This document shows positions 1 to 12,649 of a stretch of 64,000 nt of DNA, in pieces. The DNA comes from Lama glama (Eukaryota): the NCBI GenBank assembly GCA_028534125.1, contig CM052817.1, positions 18,416,001-18,480,000 on the forward strand. The letters run 5' to 3'. The number at the start of each line of letters is the position of its first letter. The stretch's first letter is position 1. Made by a program: the position numbers and the translations under genes. The notes beneath the pieces were generated by a model. That model worked only from the letters and a program-made list of their open reading frames with translations. It had not been told where the DNA came from and did no database searches.

Positions 1-1469
1 TTGTATGCCTGAATTGAGATACTCCATTCAAATTTCAATTTGTCATCAGAAGAAATGGGGGAGAGGAAAAGGGAAGGCTAGGAGCTTCTACACATTAACA
101 CTTCCTGGGCCTGATACCCTTGGGTCACTGGGAACGTCTCAGGAGCTGGAGCAATGTCAGACTGAACTACTGCTTCAAGAGCTCTTGTTCTTGGGCGTCT
201 GGTCTACCATTTGTGCTGTAGCTCCATTTGGTTTTTGTCTGATGGAGGTCCTGGTTCTGTCATTCAGCTGTATATATTTGTTTCTTCACTGCAGACCACC
301 TAAAAAGGCGGAATCAACTCTTGAGTTTTTAATGACCTTTTACAATGAATTGCCTCAGTTAAGTGATTCCCAAGAGAAAGAATCTAATGGACTAATTTGG
401 TTCAGTTATTTTCTTCTGGTTCAATAAGCTGTGGTCAAAGGAGGCAGGAGTCATGTGCTATGTGCATTAGGACATAATACAGCTGATAGGCTTGGCAAGG
501 TGGAGGAGGCTGTGGGCGGAAGTAAATAATGTGGGGTACCCAGTCCAGAAGATACATTTAAAATTCTGTGAAGTATTGTAGTTATTTCAAATTGGTTTTA
601 GATGCTGGTCCCTTGGGCTTGGGACTAGGTTCCCTGATTCTATACTGGCTACGTTTGAACACAGATACCTGGTTTACTTGGATTTGACTTAAAAGCCTGT
701 TTGGAATCTTTCCTAACTCAGAAATCAGTGACCTGATAATATCCTCCAAGATTATAAAAACTCCTTATGACAGTTGCAGGGAATTCATCCTTGGAGGAAA
801 CTCTTGGAGAGACAAGACAGGGTGAGTGCAATTGGAGTGGTACCTAAAACCAGGGGAAGCTCCAAGTCCCCAGTGGTAGGTACCCTGGAGAAACTAACAG
901 TTTGATTTCTCTTGGTTTGGCAAATATTTCCATTAAGCCCAGCAGGAAAGCATAATTCTCAAACTATAATTTTTAATCTATTGAACTAACCTTAGTTATG
1001 ATAAAGTTACCTCAAATTCAATAAGCTACAAGTAGTTCTCTGATTTCCTTCCACACCCAAACCAAAACAGGGAACACTTCCTATTCTGCCTTTCCCAGCA
1101 TGATTAATGCTACTTAATTATTCAAAATAGAAAGTGATGAAAGCAATTAGAAAGTAATTATACAAGATCAAGTGATGATGATGGTGATGATGAAAATGAA
1201 TTTTGCTCAGACCATTGCAATAGCCCCTTAACTCTTTTATCTACTGCAAGAGTGGATAGATTAGAGGGTTATCTATTTCTAATCCATTTCTAACATGAAC
1301 CAGTTATCTTTCTGAAATTAAAACATAAAAATTGTATGGCTCCCTATTTTCTAAAGGACAATGTCAAAACTGCTTCATAAAAAGTTCTTCACTGATTTTT
1401 ATCCTTTTCTACTTTCAGAGTCTCTTAAGTCTCATCACCTGCCACCTCTTTTCTCCTTGTATTTCTTAT

Positions 1470-1545
1470 TCCCTGAAATATCTCCAGTCCTTAGAACAAT
1501 GCCTGGGACATAGTAGGCACTCAATAAATTTTGTTTAATAAATTC
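1470..1545 (+). mobile_element. L2 LINE 3' terminal fragment
   Basis: agaacaatgcctgggacatagtaggcactcaataaattttgtt resembles the canonical L2 3' end. Confidence 0.75.
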
Positions 1546-2247
1546 CTTTTTACCATTGCCATTCTTATTCTCTTTCCTTTTGAAATTGATCTTTCTTATT
1601 TTTCTTGTATCAGTCTCTAAGTCCTTTTATCCTTTTCCTAATTCTAAATATGTTTGTGTTCATGTATGTTCTTCCCATTTTTCAAATCCATATGTGTTAT
1701 CTTTACCTCTCACATCGTGCCAGAACCCTGATAAGAAAGTATCTGCTTGAATCTTCTTTTAGATATGAATTACTTTTGTCAAGGAAAATAAAGAAAGTAC
1801 ATTCATCGATAAGATCAGAAATACGACCATCAACAGTATCAGTAGGAACGACCCTGAGGCTCAGACCAGGAGGACTGGACCAATGACTGATGAGAGCATG
1901 GACACTCTGTCTATTCATTCTGAGTGTCTCATCATCTGACCTCTACTAAAGTTCACCTGCTGTGGGTACTCTGTCTAGTCTCCATTCACCTATCTAGTTT
2001 TTAATCTGCTACTGCATTTCTGTGCCAGGTGAAGTTGTTCTCAACAGGGTTGTCATCTTGATGGTGCAAGGAGAATGATTTTTTTTTTCTCATCAGTGTT
2101 AACTTTATTCTTTCAGTTAGCATCCTGTTGGTCTCAAAGTGTGACAATCATTTTACTTAATTACCAAGAGATTGGGTTTACTCTTTCATTTCCTCAGAGC
2201 CCCCACTATAAGACTCCAGAGCTGCACCTTTTGAGCTGGAGTGGAGG

Positions 2248-2714
2248 TGACAAAGAGTCTCTCTTTGAACTTTAGTCTGATTCTTCTGAATGCTCTTCTC
2301 AACTAGGCCTTGAACTTTGGACTTACATGTCCATCTTTTTCATCACCCAAGTTTAGCAAAAATCCTGCTAAATCAGCTTAGAGAGAACCCCAACCCTCAA
2401 TGTCTGATCATCTGATCAAATGTGCCTCATCCTGTGTGTTCCCCCAGGTGATATTGGATCACCTTGGTTTGCCTTCAGCAAGAATCCTATTAAGTCTGTT
2501 CAACAAGAATCCCCCTTGTCTCCCTTGTTTCCTCTCAGTATTTCTTCCCTCGCTGATACCCAACCCTGTTTCTTGGCTATAAATCTTTATTTTTCCTTTT
2601 TATATTCAGAATTGAGGCTAAGTCTATAATTTGGTCTATTTTCCCTTATTGCTATAGTTCCTGAGTAAAATCTGTTTTTACCACTTTACCGTCCAGCTGT
2701 TTTCTCTTTTAACA
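2248..2714 (+). mobile_element. ERV1 solo LTR, MER31-like
   Basis: TG...CA termini (tgacaaaga...ttaaca); 4-bp TSD GAGG at 2244-2247 and 2715-2718; TATA-like ctataaat and agtaaa polyA-like signal. Confidence 0.85.
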
Positions 2715-2891
2715 GAGGCTACTTCATTGCTGTATCCAGAGGTTCCCCCTCACTTAGTCGACTAGAATGGAGACTAAGGCTCTTGGTCGCCTCACAGTAA
2801 TTTTCCCTTTCCCAGGAGACACTTCTGGACTGTTCACGTTTCTCTCGCCTCTAGATTTTGATTGGTGTACTGAATCTCACTGATCTGGGCC

Positions 2892-3460
2892 CAGTGAGTC
2901 TTTCAGTTGCAGGAAATAGAGATCATTGTGGCTACTTTTAGAAGAATGAGGATTAATATAAGGACCTAGTGCTTACAAAACCTTTGGAAGGGCTATAGGT
3001 TTCAGATGTCTGTCAGGCCCCTGGGAAAGACCTCTAGGAAAGCCTATTAGACTTGCTGTCAGGGAAGCCTCTCCCCTTGCCAGGAGGAGAATGTGGGGAA
3101 TTGGGAGGCTGTCACTGGAACAGCGTCCTCAGGAACACCTTGCCTGTGATTCAAGGCCAGCTTCCTGATTTTCTCTACCCCAGTCCCCTGAGGCTAGGGG
3201 CTGGGCATCAAACGCTGCCGCAGTAAACCCCAGTGTTTTCATGACCGTGTTTGCAATGGCAAAAGCAAACCATAAAGAAGACCTCTGCCTCATGCTCACC
3301 TTCAAAAACCACATGACAGTGCTTCTAATTTAGTGGAAACTAGTTTATATGCAAAATCTCTCTTAAAGGAGTCTGGGAAAGGTAGCTGTTAGCTGTCTGC
3401 AGTTTACGGAGGAAGTTGGCAGGGATGCTGAGTGAACTGATCTACCAGAACCCATCACAA
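2892..3460 (-). mobile_element. Old MaLR/ERVL-type LTR (MLT1-like), degraded
   Basis: tttcagttgcaggaaataga start and aaggagtctgggaaaggtagct motif typical of reverse-oriented old MLT1. Confidence 0.5.
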
Positions 3461-3569
3461 GCCCACGTCAAACATTAGGACGAAACTGCTGGTTCTCACT
3501 TGGATTTCAGAATTTCAAAGGTGTGTCTGGAGAGTAGGCTAGTTTCTTTGCAAGTGGAAGTATTGTGTC

Positions 3570-4035
3570 CTAAGGGACCCCATCCCCTGACTATGGCTTA
3601 TTGGTCCAAGGAGGAACCCCTAACCAAAGCCAGTGACTCCATTGTCTCACCAGTAGCTAATTGGAATCTTTCTGCTTGGAATTTGAACTAAGACACACAG
3701 AAGGGGGTTTAACAAGGGGGCCCAATCTGAAGGATCAGAGGCTGAGGTCCCCATTACGGGCAAGGTGTAGGATGAGTAAACCAAGAAACTCAGGAAGAGA
3801 AATGAAGAGAACAGAGCACAAAAACAGAGATGGAGACAGCCCCTGAGAAACAGATAGAGAAGACTCAGTTTCCGAGTTTACAATTTCCAGGAAGCCCCCA
3901 CTTTATTTACTCTCCTGCCTTTGAATGTTCAAATGCCTATTATAGCCTTGTGGTAACACCCACCCTTCCCCTCCCCAACCCCGTTTTTCTTGAGCTAGTT
4001 TGATTTTCTGTTGCTCACAACAGAAAGTTGATTAT
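3570..4035 (+). mobile_element. Old MaLR/ERVL-type LTR fragment
   Basis: 3' end cttgagctagtttgattttctgttgctcacaacagaaag resembles MLT1K/L or LTR16-type ends. Confidence 0.45.
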
Positions 4036-4393
4036 AGTAAAAAAAAGTTTACAACTTTTAGATGGCATTTAAATAATGGCATTGCGCTAGAGGAAAACAG
4101 TTCACATATATTATTATCCTCAGTTTCCCAGCTGCTTCGCTCTGCGTTCAAGGAGAAGGAAGATCGTTGTTGGCTGAGAGGTTTATCAGGCCAGTCTGCA
4201 CAGTGATACACACAGAGGCCACAGGAGCTACGTGAGGCAGAAGGGTTTTGGCCACTTGGAAATAATCACTGTTGGTTGAGAGAAAAGCATAAGGAAAGGG
4301 AAGGAAAGCTTGGCGCTGTGTAGATCACAACGGGCTTGAAGTATGTTGGAACCACTTAATAGTTGTGCTGTTTTTCTTTGAATGGAGTGTTCT

Positions 4394-4429
4394 TTTTTTT
4401 TTTAACATTTTTTTATTGAGTTATAGTCA
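4394..4429 (-). mobile_element. 36-bp L1 micro-insertion (extreme 3' end plus polyA)
   Basis: T-tract plus aacatttttttattgagttatagtca flanked by a perfect 15-bp TSD tgaatggagtgttct (4379-4393, 4430-4444). Confidence 0.85.
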
Positions 4430-5761
4430 TGAATGGAGTGTTCTGATTGAGTCACGTGAGGTTATAGATTTCCAAGGGCTCCATCTATATGTTTTTATAG
4501 AAAGACTTCTGGTGTATTTTGGCTACAGGTTGAAATATATGCGTATATTCCAACAGCATTGGGATGTTGTATATTCATACTCATGCCCACACACACACGT
4601 CTCAGTGTTCCTTTGAAGAGAATAGAACTATTTGGGAAGTGCCCCCACCCTCCCCTTCATTCGTGGAACATTGAGTTCACATTGCTTGGGTGACAGATTG
4701 TGGGGAACATTTGTCTAGAAGGTGTTTTGTGGTCTTTCCACAATGATGTAACCTCTTTTGCAAGTGATGCCTGGTTCAAATGACTAAACAGGCTCTGTCC
4801 ATAAATATGATTAAGTTCCATAATAATCATGAAAACAAAATTTTCAATAGGAGTTAATTGTGGTTTGGATAGGTATAAATGTTAGTGACCGGAACAGATG
4901 AACATATCCTTTTAAGATAAATGCTTGTACGAACCATGAACAAGTACATCTAAAAGCCATTTCATGGGGAATTTTTTTCACCGACTCATTGCCTGGTTTT
5001 AACTACATACAGAAAAATACTTTAACCCTGCACCTTGCAAACAGTCATTGGGAATGGTTCATCGTCCTTTGCTTGGCAGAGAGACAAGGTGCTTTGAAGT
5101 AAAAAAAAATCTGATCTCTGTCTCTGCTGTGTGGAGCACACTCTATTTCAGAAAATACAAACCCTTCTTTGTTTTCAGGGAAAATAATATACGAGGGCCC
5201 AACTGTGGTGTTAATTGCAAAGAAACGTCTACTGGGAGAAGGGCTTTCAGAGTTTCTGGAAGGCTAGAGGTGGAGGTACTGTTCACTCCCTGGTTGAAGA
5301 AGTGGACTTTCCAAACCTTAGATGCTGTTGGGTTTAGTTCAAGAACCAGGAGAGCCCAGTGTTTGTAAATAACCCCTTGTGTCAATAGTTGGTTCTTTTG
5401 AAATAGCAATGGCAACAGCAGAGCAAGAAAGTGTTTATTTTTAATTTTTTAAATTATTTTTTAACATAAAGAATATCATTGGCAGCTGAATTCTCAGGGG
5501 CAGGGGAAGAGCCCAAGCCAGGTATTCTGCATCTGTGCCCACCCTGTGCAGCCCTTGCTTTCACTAAGATTTGCATCTGGTCTTGTGGATTACAAATGGA
5601 TTTGAACTACTTTTTAATCACGTTGGTAAGTTGTACTGTTTTTTTTTTTCCTTGAATGGGGTGTTCTGGTTGAACTACACAGGTCTCCAGGTTTAATAAT
5701 GGCCAAATATACAAAGAGTGTGATACTTCCAGTGTTTCTTTTCTTTTCTTCTTCTTTTTTT

Positions 5762-5940
5762 TTATTAGCCATGTTCTTGGCAGAGGACAAAAAGAGGTCC
5801 TAATTGGTACTTTAAAGACAACTTAATGACAAGGCTATTTATAGATGTGTGGGCAGGGTTAACGGTCCCAACAAGAGAGACTGAAGTGCCTCAGACCTAG
5901 CAAAGAGGAGCTGTTGTGTCCCTGAGCCTCAAAGATCAGG
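5762..5940. mobile_element. Old LTR fragment (LTR79/LTR78-like)
   Basis: ctatttatagatgtgtgggcagggttaacggtcccaacaagagaga motif recalled from these families. Confidence 0.5.
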
Positions 5941-6049
5941 CTGAAGTTCTCAATGCTCAGGAATCAGGAAAACACTCAGGAAGAAGACATCCCTCTTGGA
6001 CAGCTAGTGTGTAGCTTTGACATCTTTCTATAAGTCCTAATCCATTGAT

Positions 6050-6530
6050 GGGGATCCTTGAAGTCCAGAGTTAGAGACCAGAAAGTAGCAGTTGATGTAC
6101 ATTAGGTTTAACATGATAACAGCTAGGACTACGATGCTAAGGACTGAAACAGAAGAAATGGATTAAGAACAAGTACATTGTGAGAGTATACAGTATTTGG
6201 AAACTGATCTGTAGACAAAAGAGATAGGTGAATGAAAAATTATTTTCAACAATGCCAACCTAGATAGACATAAAAGTAGCGATTGCTAGGTCAATGGATA
6301 GGAAAATTGAGAAGAGCTGGATTTATTGGCATCAAAGATGTTGAGATTGGTTTTTGATATATTGGCTTGAATTCCAAGCAGAACTGCCCTGGAGATGCTT
6401 AGAAAAGTGTCTGGGGAGCCCTATCAGTGGTCATTTAAGCTGTGGAAGCAAGTGAATACCACAGAGATCGATGAAGGCATAACTGCAGAGGGAGAAAGAT
6501 CTAGAACCGAATTCTGAAGAATATTCTTGG
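6050..6530 (-). mobile_element. L2 LINE fragment
   Basis: Purine-rich degenerate sequence with L2 antisense motifs (gagattggtttttgatatattggcttga, ggtcatttaagctgtgga). Confidence 0.55.
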
Positions 6531-7678
6531 ACAATGCAAAACACATTCAGCATAACATAGGTTCTGCTTAGAGAAGAATCAGAAATAAGATGAGAATGAT
6601 TTCAGTACATTAAGATTTAAAAATGTATTTATACATTTTTTTTTGCCTTTTTAATCCTTCCTTTTTATTGGTATCTCTTTTTAACATTTGGGTACATGCT
6701 ATATGGTACCTGTTCCTTTTTCAGGGCAAAACAGTTGGCATTTAATTTATGACATAACTTGATATATTCAGTAAAGTAAAACAATGATCGGCTTATTTTT
6801 TTCTTACTCTCATACAAATCGTTATTTGACAGAGCCTTGATCTGTAACCTGTGTCTTTGTATATCTATATAGAACAACAGATACTGAATCCTACAAAGGA
6901 AATCACATTTCTCATCTTACTTTCTACACTATTAAAGGAACTACTTTTAATTTTCCCAAAGTTACTTGGTTCTCTTTAGCTGATTTTTAAAATAACCCTC
7001 ATTTTATTAAAAATAATTGGATGAGTTATGATGATGAAGCAGGCTTGTGAAATATATTTCCTGCCTTGCGTTGTTCATTTGCTTGCATGGCTTTAACCTC
7101 TCTCAAAGGCAGATTAACAACAATTAACAACCCCAAAGGAAAAGTGGAATAATTAATAATGAATTTAAGCAGATGGCACTGTAGCAAAAATGTGAGAAGT
7201 AGGAAGCAAAAGGGACTGGTACTCAGAGGAGGTAATTCGGAGGCATTTTATTTTTCTTGATATGTTGCATAACAGCCTCTTTCATGATGGACTTTGAAGA
7301 AATCCTCTTAGTTTAAAACCTCTGATAGGAACGCACCAGTGGGCTTCTTCAACCACAGACTCTGCCCTGTATCTCTCAGTTTTTCCACAGAAACATATCG
7401 GTGAGGATTTAATAAAAAGGAAGATTAGAAAAAAAGAATTTTCTGACACAAGTTGTTTTAAGAGACTGTGGAGGGATGGGATTCCGACCGAGGAGGACCA
7501 ATCTCTGATCACTCTCACGAACTTGAAAAGTTTCCGGGGGTACTGGAAGCACGAGTAAAAGTATCATATTTTTCTTATCAGTCATTGTTCAGTAATGAAT
7601 TTACTGATGAAAGTAGATGTGTTTGAATGTGTCATGATAATTAGTAGCTGAACTTTTTTTCCTGGAAGTTTCTCTAGG

Positions 7679-7680
<2 letters not shown>

Positions 7681-7714
<34 letters not shown>
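7681..7714. repeat. (GT)17 microsatellite
   Basis: Perfect GT dinucleotide run. Confidence 0.98.
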
Positions 7715-7717
<3 letters not shown>

Positions 7718-9527
7718 CAGATGAAAAGACTCTGGGATTTAGGCACCATTATTAAATTAAAAATTATCAAAAAGATAAGGTATTTTGCTTCCCTGTAAAG
7801 ACAATATAGCCTCTTATTTTGACTCTTTGTTTCCCCAAAGTATAACAGAGAACAATGGGGGAGGCTCAGGTACTGTGGCTGGAAACACAGAATGCAGTGT
7901 GCACTGAATATGATTTTATGATTTGCTTTTTTATTCAACAAGTATTTAACGTGTCCTGGTGTGACTCTAGCTCTCATTCTGAGAATCCAAAACTTACACT
8001 AGGGTTCTCGTTTATTGATGGTGAAAGCAAAGAGAATTGAAAACATTTCGCATAAACTGATGTCTTCCACCAATGAGTTAAAAGGGGACATGATATCTAT
8101 ATCTTGGCCTTCAGGTTTAAAGAGTTTAGATTTCTTACTTCTGTTTCCATTTATTTCCTTCTGTCCCTGAAAATATCTGAGAGTTAACAGGAAAACCCTC
8201 CAGTCTTCTCTGAATGTGACAGAATTTGTGTCTCAATTGATTAGAAAGTCGAGCTGTGCTAAGGAGTGGGGGTGACCTTGGCCTTGCTGACTTGTACAGA
8301 GGTCTCTGGGGGTCAGTACAAGTCTCAGGGTGGGGACCTGTTCACCTCTGAGGAAGCTGCTTCTAAGGCATCTCCGAGGAAAGGAGAATGAAAAATCCAG
8401 GCAGAGCTGGGAGGCTCTGTGGGTCAAGGGAGCACACACAGAGCGGGGGCCTGGGGCTGTGGATCTCCTGATGTTGCTGAGAGAGCTAGCATCTGGCTTC
8501 AGAAGTGCCTAAAGGGTCAGAGGTTAAAAAAAAAAAAAACTAGGAAAAGCTACATGTGCCTTGAAATTGTATATGATACTTATCAGAATTTAGGAGGTTT
8601 TGAAGAACATCTAAGAACATCTATATTACTACTTTGCAGATCAGGAAACTGAGGATAAATTTAGAGTTTGGGTTGGAACCTGTATCTGCTGGCAGATTTC
8701 ACTTTGCAAAGCAGAATTAGAGTTAAAGGCCTGGAACATTCAATAAAGTGTTTCTGCATGTACTGCACCTGATTAAGATCGGCAATTATGTTCTAACTAA
8801 AACCAGTGTAAGAAAAATAAACTCAGAGAATTTCAGCATTTGAAAACCTTATACATGAGTGTTCGAATGATAACCAGATCTCTAGCGAACAAGAGGCCCT
8901 AAGAAAACAAGGAGTAAGCAGTTGCCTGAACTTCTTATATTGCTCAAATTCAGGCTGGTGCTTGATTGCGAGACTCAAGCAGGGAGTCTGGGGGTTCTGG
9001 CTGTGTGTGTGTGTGGAGCTAGGCTTGGCCCAAGTCTGCAAAATGAGGAGCTGAGAGAGGTCAGGAATTCCATATCCTTGCGTGATGCTGAGTTTGACAG
9101 CCCATGCAGACAGGATAGACTAAAACAGGTAACTGAAGATACTGGTCTGAGCAGAAAAAACTGAATATGAGGCAACTGGTTGAAAACGAGTACAGCAGAG
9201 AAAGAAAGGCTGGGTCACCCAGATTATGGGTTGATTATGGGTTGACATTCTAGGGACTTTCAAAGAAGAGCCTAAAGCCGCACCCAAGGAAGGAAATTTT
9301 AAGGGTATTAAACCAGTTTGGACCCCATTGTCTGTGACTGTTTAGAGGAAGCTGGGCCATGAGATGGAGGAATACGGAATGGGATAGGTGTCCTCGGATT
9401 TGCTCTAATGCTTGACTTAGGAAAACGTCCTCTGGCCCGATGTGCAGGTGTGGGTCTGGGTGGCTAGAGTACAAGATGCTAACTGGGAAAAGCTGTTGGC
9501 TGTAACTTTTTTCTTCAGGCTACAAAG

Positions 9528-10000
9528 GTTTATCAGGCACCAGTTTTGTACCAGGCACTGGAGATGCAACTGTGAGCATGACAGACAGGGGCTCTGTCTT
9601 CATGATGCTTATGATATTTAGAAAAAGGCAATAAGCAAGTAGATACATGAATAAAAGTAAGTCCAAATGTGCTATGAAAGAAATAAAGAATAGGATATCA
9701 CATAATGGAGGAGATTCTTTAAAGTAGATGATTTGGAAAGATGTATCTGATAAGGTGATGTTTAAGCTGATGAGAAAGATTTAACTACTTGGAGAACTGA
9801 TGAGAAACATTCCAGACATAGGAAAGAAGAAATAAAAAGGAACAGAATAAGGAAATATTTGGGGGAACTGTGTAGGAACTGTCAAAAGACCATGTTACTG
9901 GAACATAGTTTGCATGGGTGAATGGGGGAGAATGGCATGAGGTGAATTTGGAGAGACAGGCAGAGAGGAGATTACACTGGACATTATGGGTCTTGGTAAG
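9528..10000 (-). mobile_element. L2 LINE (3' part), interrupted by an MLT1F-like LTR
   Basis: gtaccaggcactggagatgcaactgtgagcatgacagac and further L2 antisense motifs; resumes after 10494 as gaatttgattttatct. Confidence 0.75.
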
Positions 10001-10494
10001 TGTGGAAGCCAGCATCCCAGATGGCCCCCAATGGTACTCGTCTATGGTCCTTTCACACATTGTACTAGGGGTGGTCTGTGTGGCCAGCAGAATACGACAG
10101 AAGTAATGGCATATGACATCTGAGACTAGGTTATGAATAATACATGAGTTCTTTCTTTTTTAATTCTCTCTTTCTTGGATCACCTGCTCTGGGAGAGACC
10201 AGCTGCCACCTTGTGAACAATCTTATGAAGAGGCTCACGTGGTAAGAAAATGTAGCTTCCTGTCAACAGCCGCATGAATAAGCATGGAAGTGGTCTTCCA
10301 GTCCCAGTCAAGCCATCAGATCACTGCAGCTCCAGCCAACAGCTTAACTGAAACCTCATTAGGTTACCCTGTGCGGGAACCACTGAGCAAACCACTTCCA
10401 GATTCCTGACCCTTAGAAACTGTAAGATAATAAATTGTTGCTTTAAGCTGCTAGATTTGAGGACATTTGCTGTGTAGCAATAGTATGTAATATA
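10001..10494 (+). mobile_element. MaLR solo LTR, MLT1F-like
   Basis: tgtgg start; ccagtcaagccatcagatcactgcagctccagcc core; ttaagctgctagatttgagg end; near-match 5-bp TSD gtaag/gtaaa. Confidence 0.85.
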
Positions 10495-10827
10495 GTAAAG
10501 AATTTGATTTTATCTAAATACAATGCCTTTTTCGAACTAAGGGAAAGAGGAAGGGTCTTGGTAACCATCAGCGGCTTGAAGGTTAACCAGTTAACCTCTT
10601 GAGATTGCTGTTCAGTGACTGTTTGCTGGGCTCCTTCCCTGTAGACAATGATGTAGTCAGCCTCCTTGTGTTTAGGGCTCAAGTATCAACAGCATGAGAA
10701 AGTCGTTCTATTTGCAGTCGCCTTGAAAACAAAGACAGAGCTACATTTAGAACTTTAATAAAATAGTGTTCCTCTCTTCAGTTACAAACTGGGAAAAGGG
10801 ACACTTGGTGTATTGATGTCTACTCTA

Positions 10828-10960
10828 ACTCAATCCAATAAACGTTTGTAGAGTAACCTTGAGGAACAGCTCTGCGTTCAGCATTGCGAGGAAAGGACTA
10901 TGACCAGACTAACAGTTGTTCCTGTCCTGTAGCTGCTCACAATCTAGGGTAGAAATAGAC
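10828..10960 (-). mobile_element. L2 3' end fragment
   Basis: aatccaataaacgtttgtagag...cctgtcctgtagctgctcacaatctag. Confidence 0.55.
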
Positions 10961-12649
10961 CATTTTAGACTCTGTGCAAATTTGTGGAACCTCTCTTCTC
11001 TTGGCCAGAAAGCCCTTGATTCCTACCAATGACAAGGAGACTAAGATTGCAGAACACCAAAAGACAAAGACTGGTTTAAGGGTTTTCCTTCCCTTTGTTT
11101 CCCAACAAATGTAAGTACTATTTGTATAATTTCCTGACCAGTACAGAAACTGGGACTTCTTCCGTCTAAAGAGTAATGGGTCCAGGAGTTGCTAAGGCTT
11201 TCCTGCTGTTAAGTTGGGTGCTTATGGGGTTAGTCTGAAGCTTGTAACCAAGTCCATGTAGAGGTACCTGGTGACTTATCTAAGACCAGAGATGCTCTTA
11301 CTCCCTTTACTGCTTCACTCAAGACACAGAAACTTTGCATTTATCCTGACATCCAGTCACTATCTTGTATTATCATCTTTAGGACATTGAGCAACAAGCT
11401 TTTCTCTACTTTTCCAAGCCCATAGAAAGCAAACAATCACAGTTTAAAAACAAAGAATCTTGAGCATCTACACATATCTCTGCTGCAGACACTCTATCTC
11501 TTAATGATATACAGAGGCCTCTGCACATCTTCCTTCAGAAAAATGGACAATAGAAATTGTCCTTTAATTCTTCCTGATCTCCAGAAGAAGCAAAAATCTG
11601 TACCTGGAAGTGACAGGGAGGCTGATGGTAGGAATTTTTTCCCAAGGGCCTCCTAAAACACAAACACACTCAGAACAAACACTATTATAAGATAAAATCT
11701 GATAGGTGTCCCCTTGGAGGTACATATTTCAAGGTGCCTTTGAGATTTGGGGACCTTGTTTTGAAATTCTGAGCAGTCTTAATAGGCAGGTCCATCATCT
11801 CAGTGAAGAAGGAGGTCAGCTGGGTGCACCAAGGCGGAACTGATTAGCTAAATTGCCGGTGGCCGCAGAATGATCCAGCAACAGCCTGATGCCAGGGAGA
11901 TGGAAACAGCTGTATCCAAGCTGCATGGAAATCTGTCTCTAGTTACATCCACCCAATAAAAGGCTGGTTATTTACCATTGGAGAAGGGGTCATAATGGCA
12001 CTTACATCTTTCATCCTTCAAAATAATTTCACTAGTTTTTTTTTTCTTTGGCACATAGTTTTGAGGTGCCAAATATTGAGAGAGCACATGTCCTATTTCT
12101 TGCCTGGCAACAATGTGAACTCATCTAGCGGTTGTGAATGCTAAGGGGGTGTGTCCTTCTTGAAAAAGAAAGCCAGTCTGCTCACCAGAGCATTGCCGTA
12201 TCTGTGTCGTTGTCCCAAGAATATGAAGCAGCCAAAGTTCTTCATTTATCTGATGGCAGGCAGCCCAGGTTAACTGTATGTTTCTGAGTTAGTCCTAGTG
12301 ATTGCAACTGGATACAGATTTTCACAGTTCCATTGTTGATAATGTGCTACTCCGTTAGCACTGGGAGTGACATTAACAAGTCAATAAAGACCCCATAAAG
12401 TGCTTTATATACCAATGTCAGTTAGGCGTAGCAGGACGCTGGTAATCATTAGGCAGGTTGTGTCTGCTGAATGGTGTTCATTTTCAGTCTTGTCAGTGTT
12501 ATGTTCCTAAACAGAAGTGTTACCATGACACATGGGGATTGTACTGTGTTCTGAAGTCTCAGTCTTAGGCCAACTAACTGCCTGGCTGTAATGTGAAAAA
12601 TGACATTTAGTGGTTTCTGTATAACATAGTGGTTACTCTGATTAGCCTT

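Noticed and set aside
5..427. 140-aa ORF at the window start
   Set aside because: No recognisable domain and no clear exon structure; this length is compatible with chance in 64 kb
1762..1940. Overlapping open frames downstream of tcttcttttag
   Set aside because: No convincing donor and no recognisable peptide
7582..7977. 131-aa ORF with an HTHTHT run
   Set aside because: The run is the translated (GT)17 microsatellite
9222..9245. 11-bp tandem duplication gattatgggtt (similarly gtatacaa at about 41473)
   Set aside because: Ordinary slippage micro-duplications
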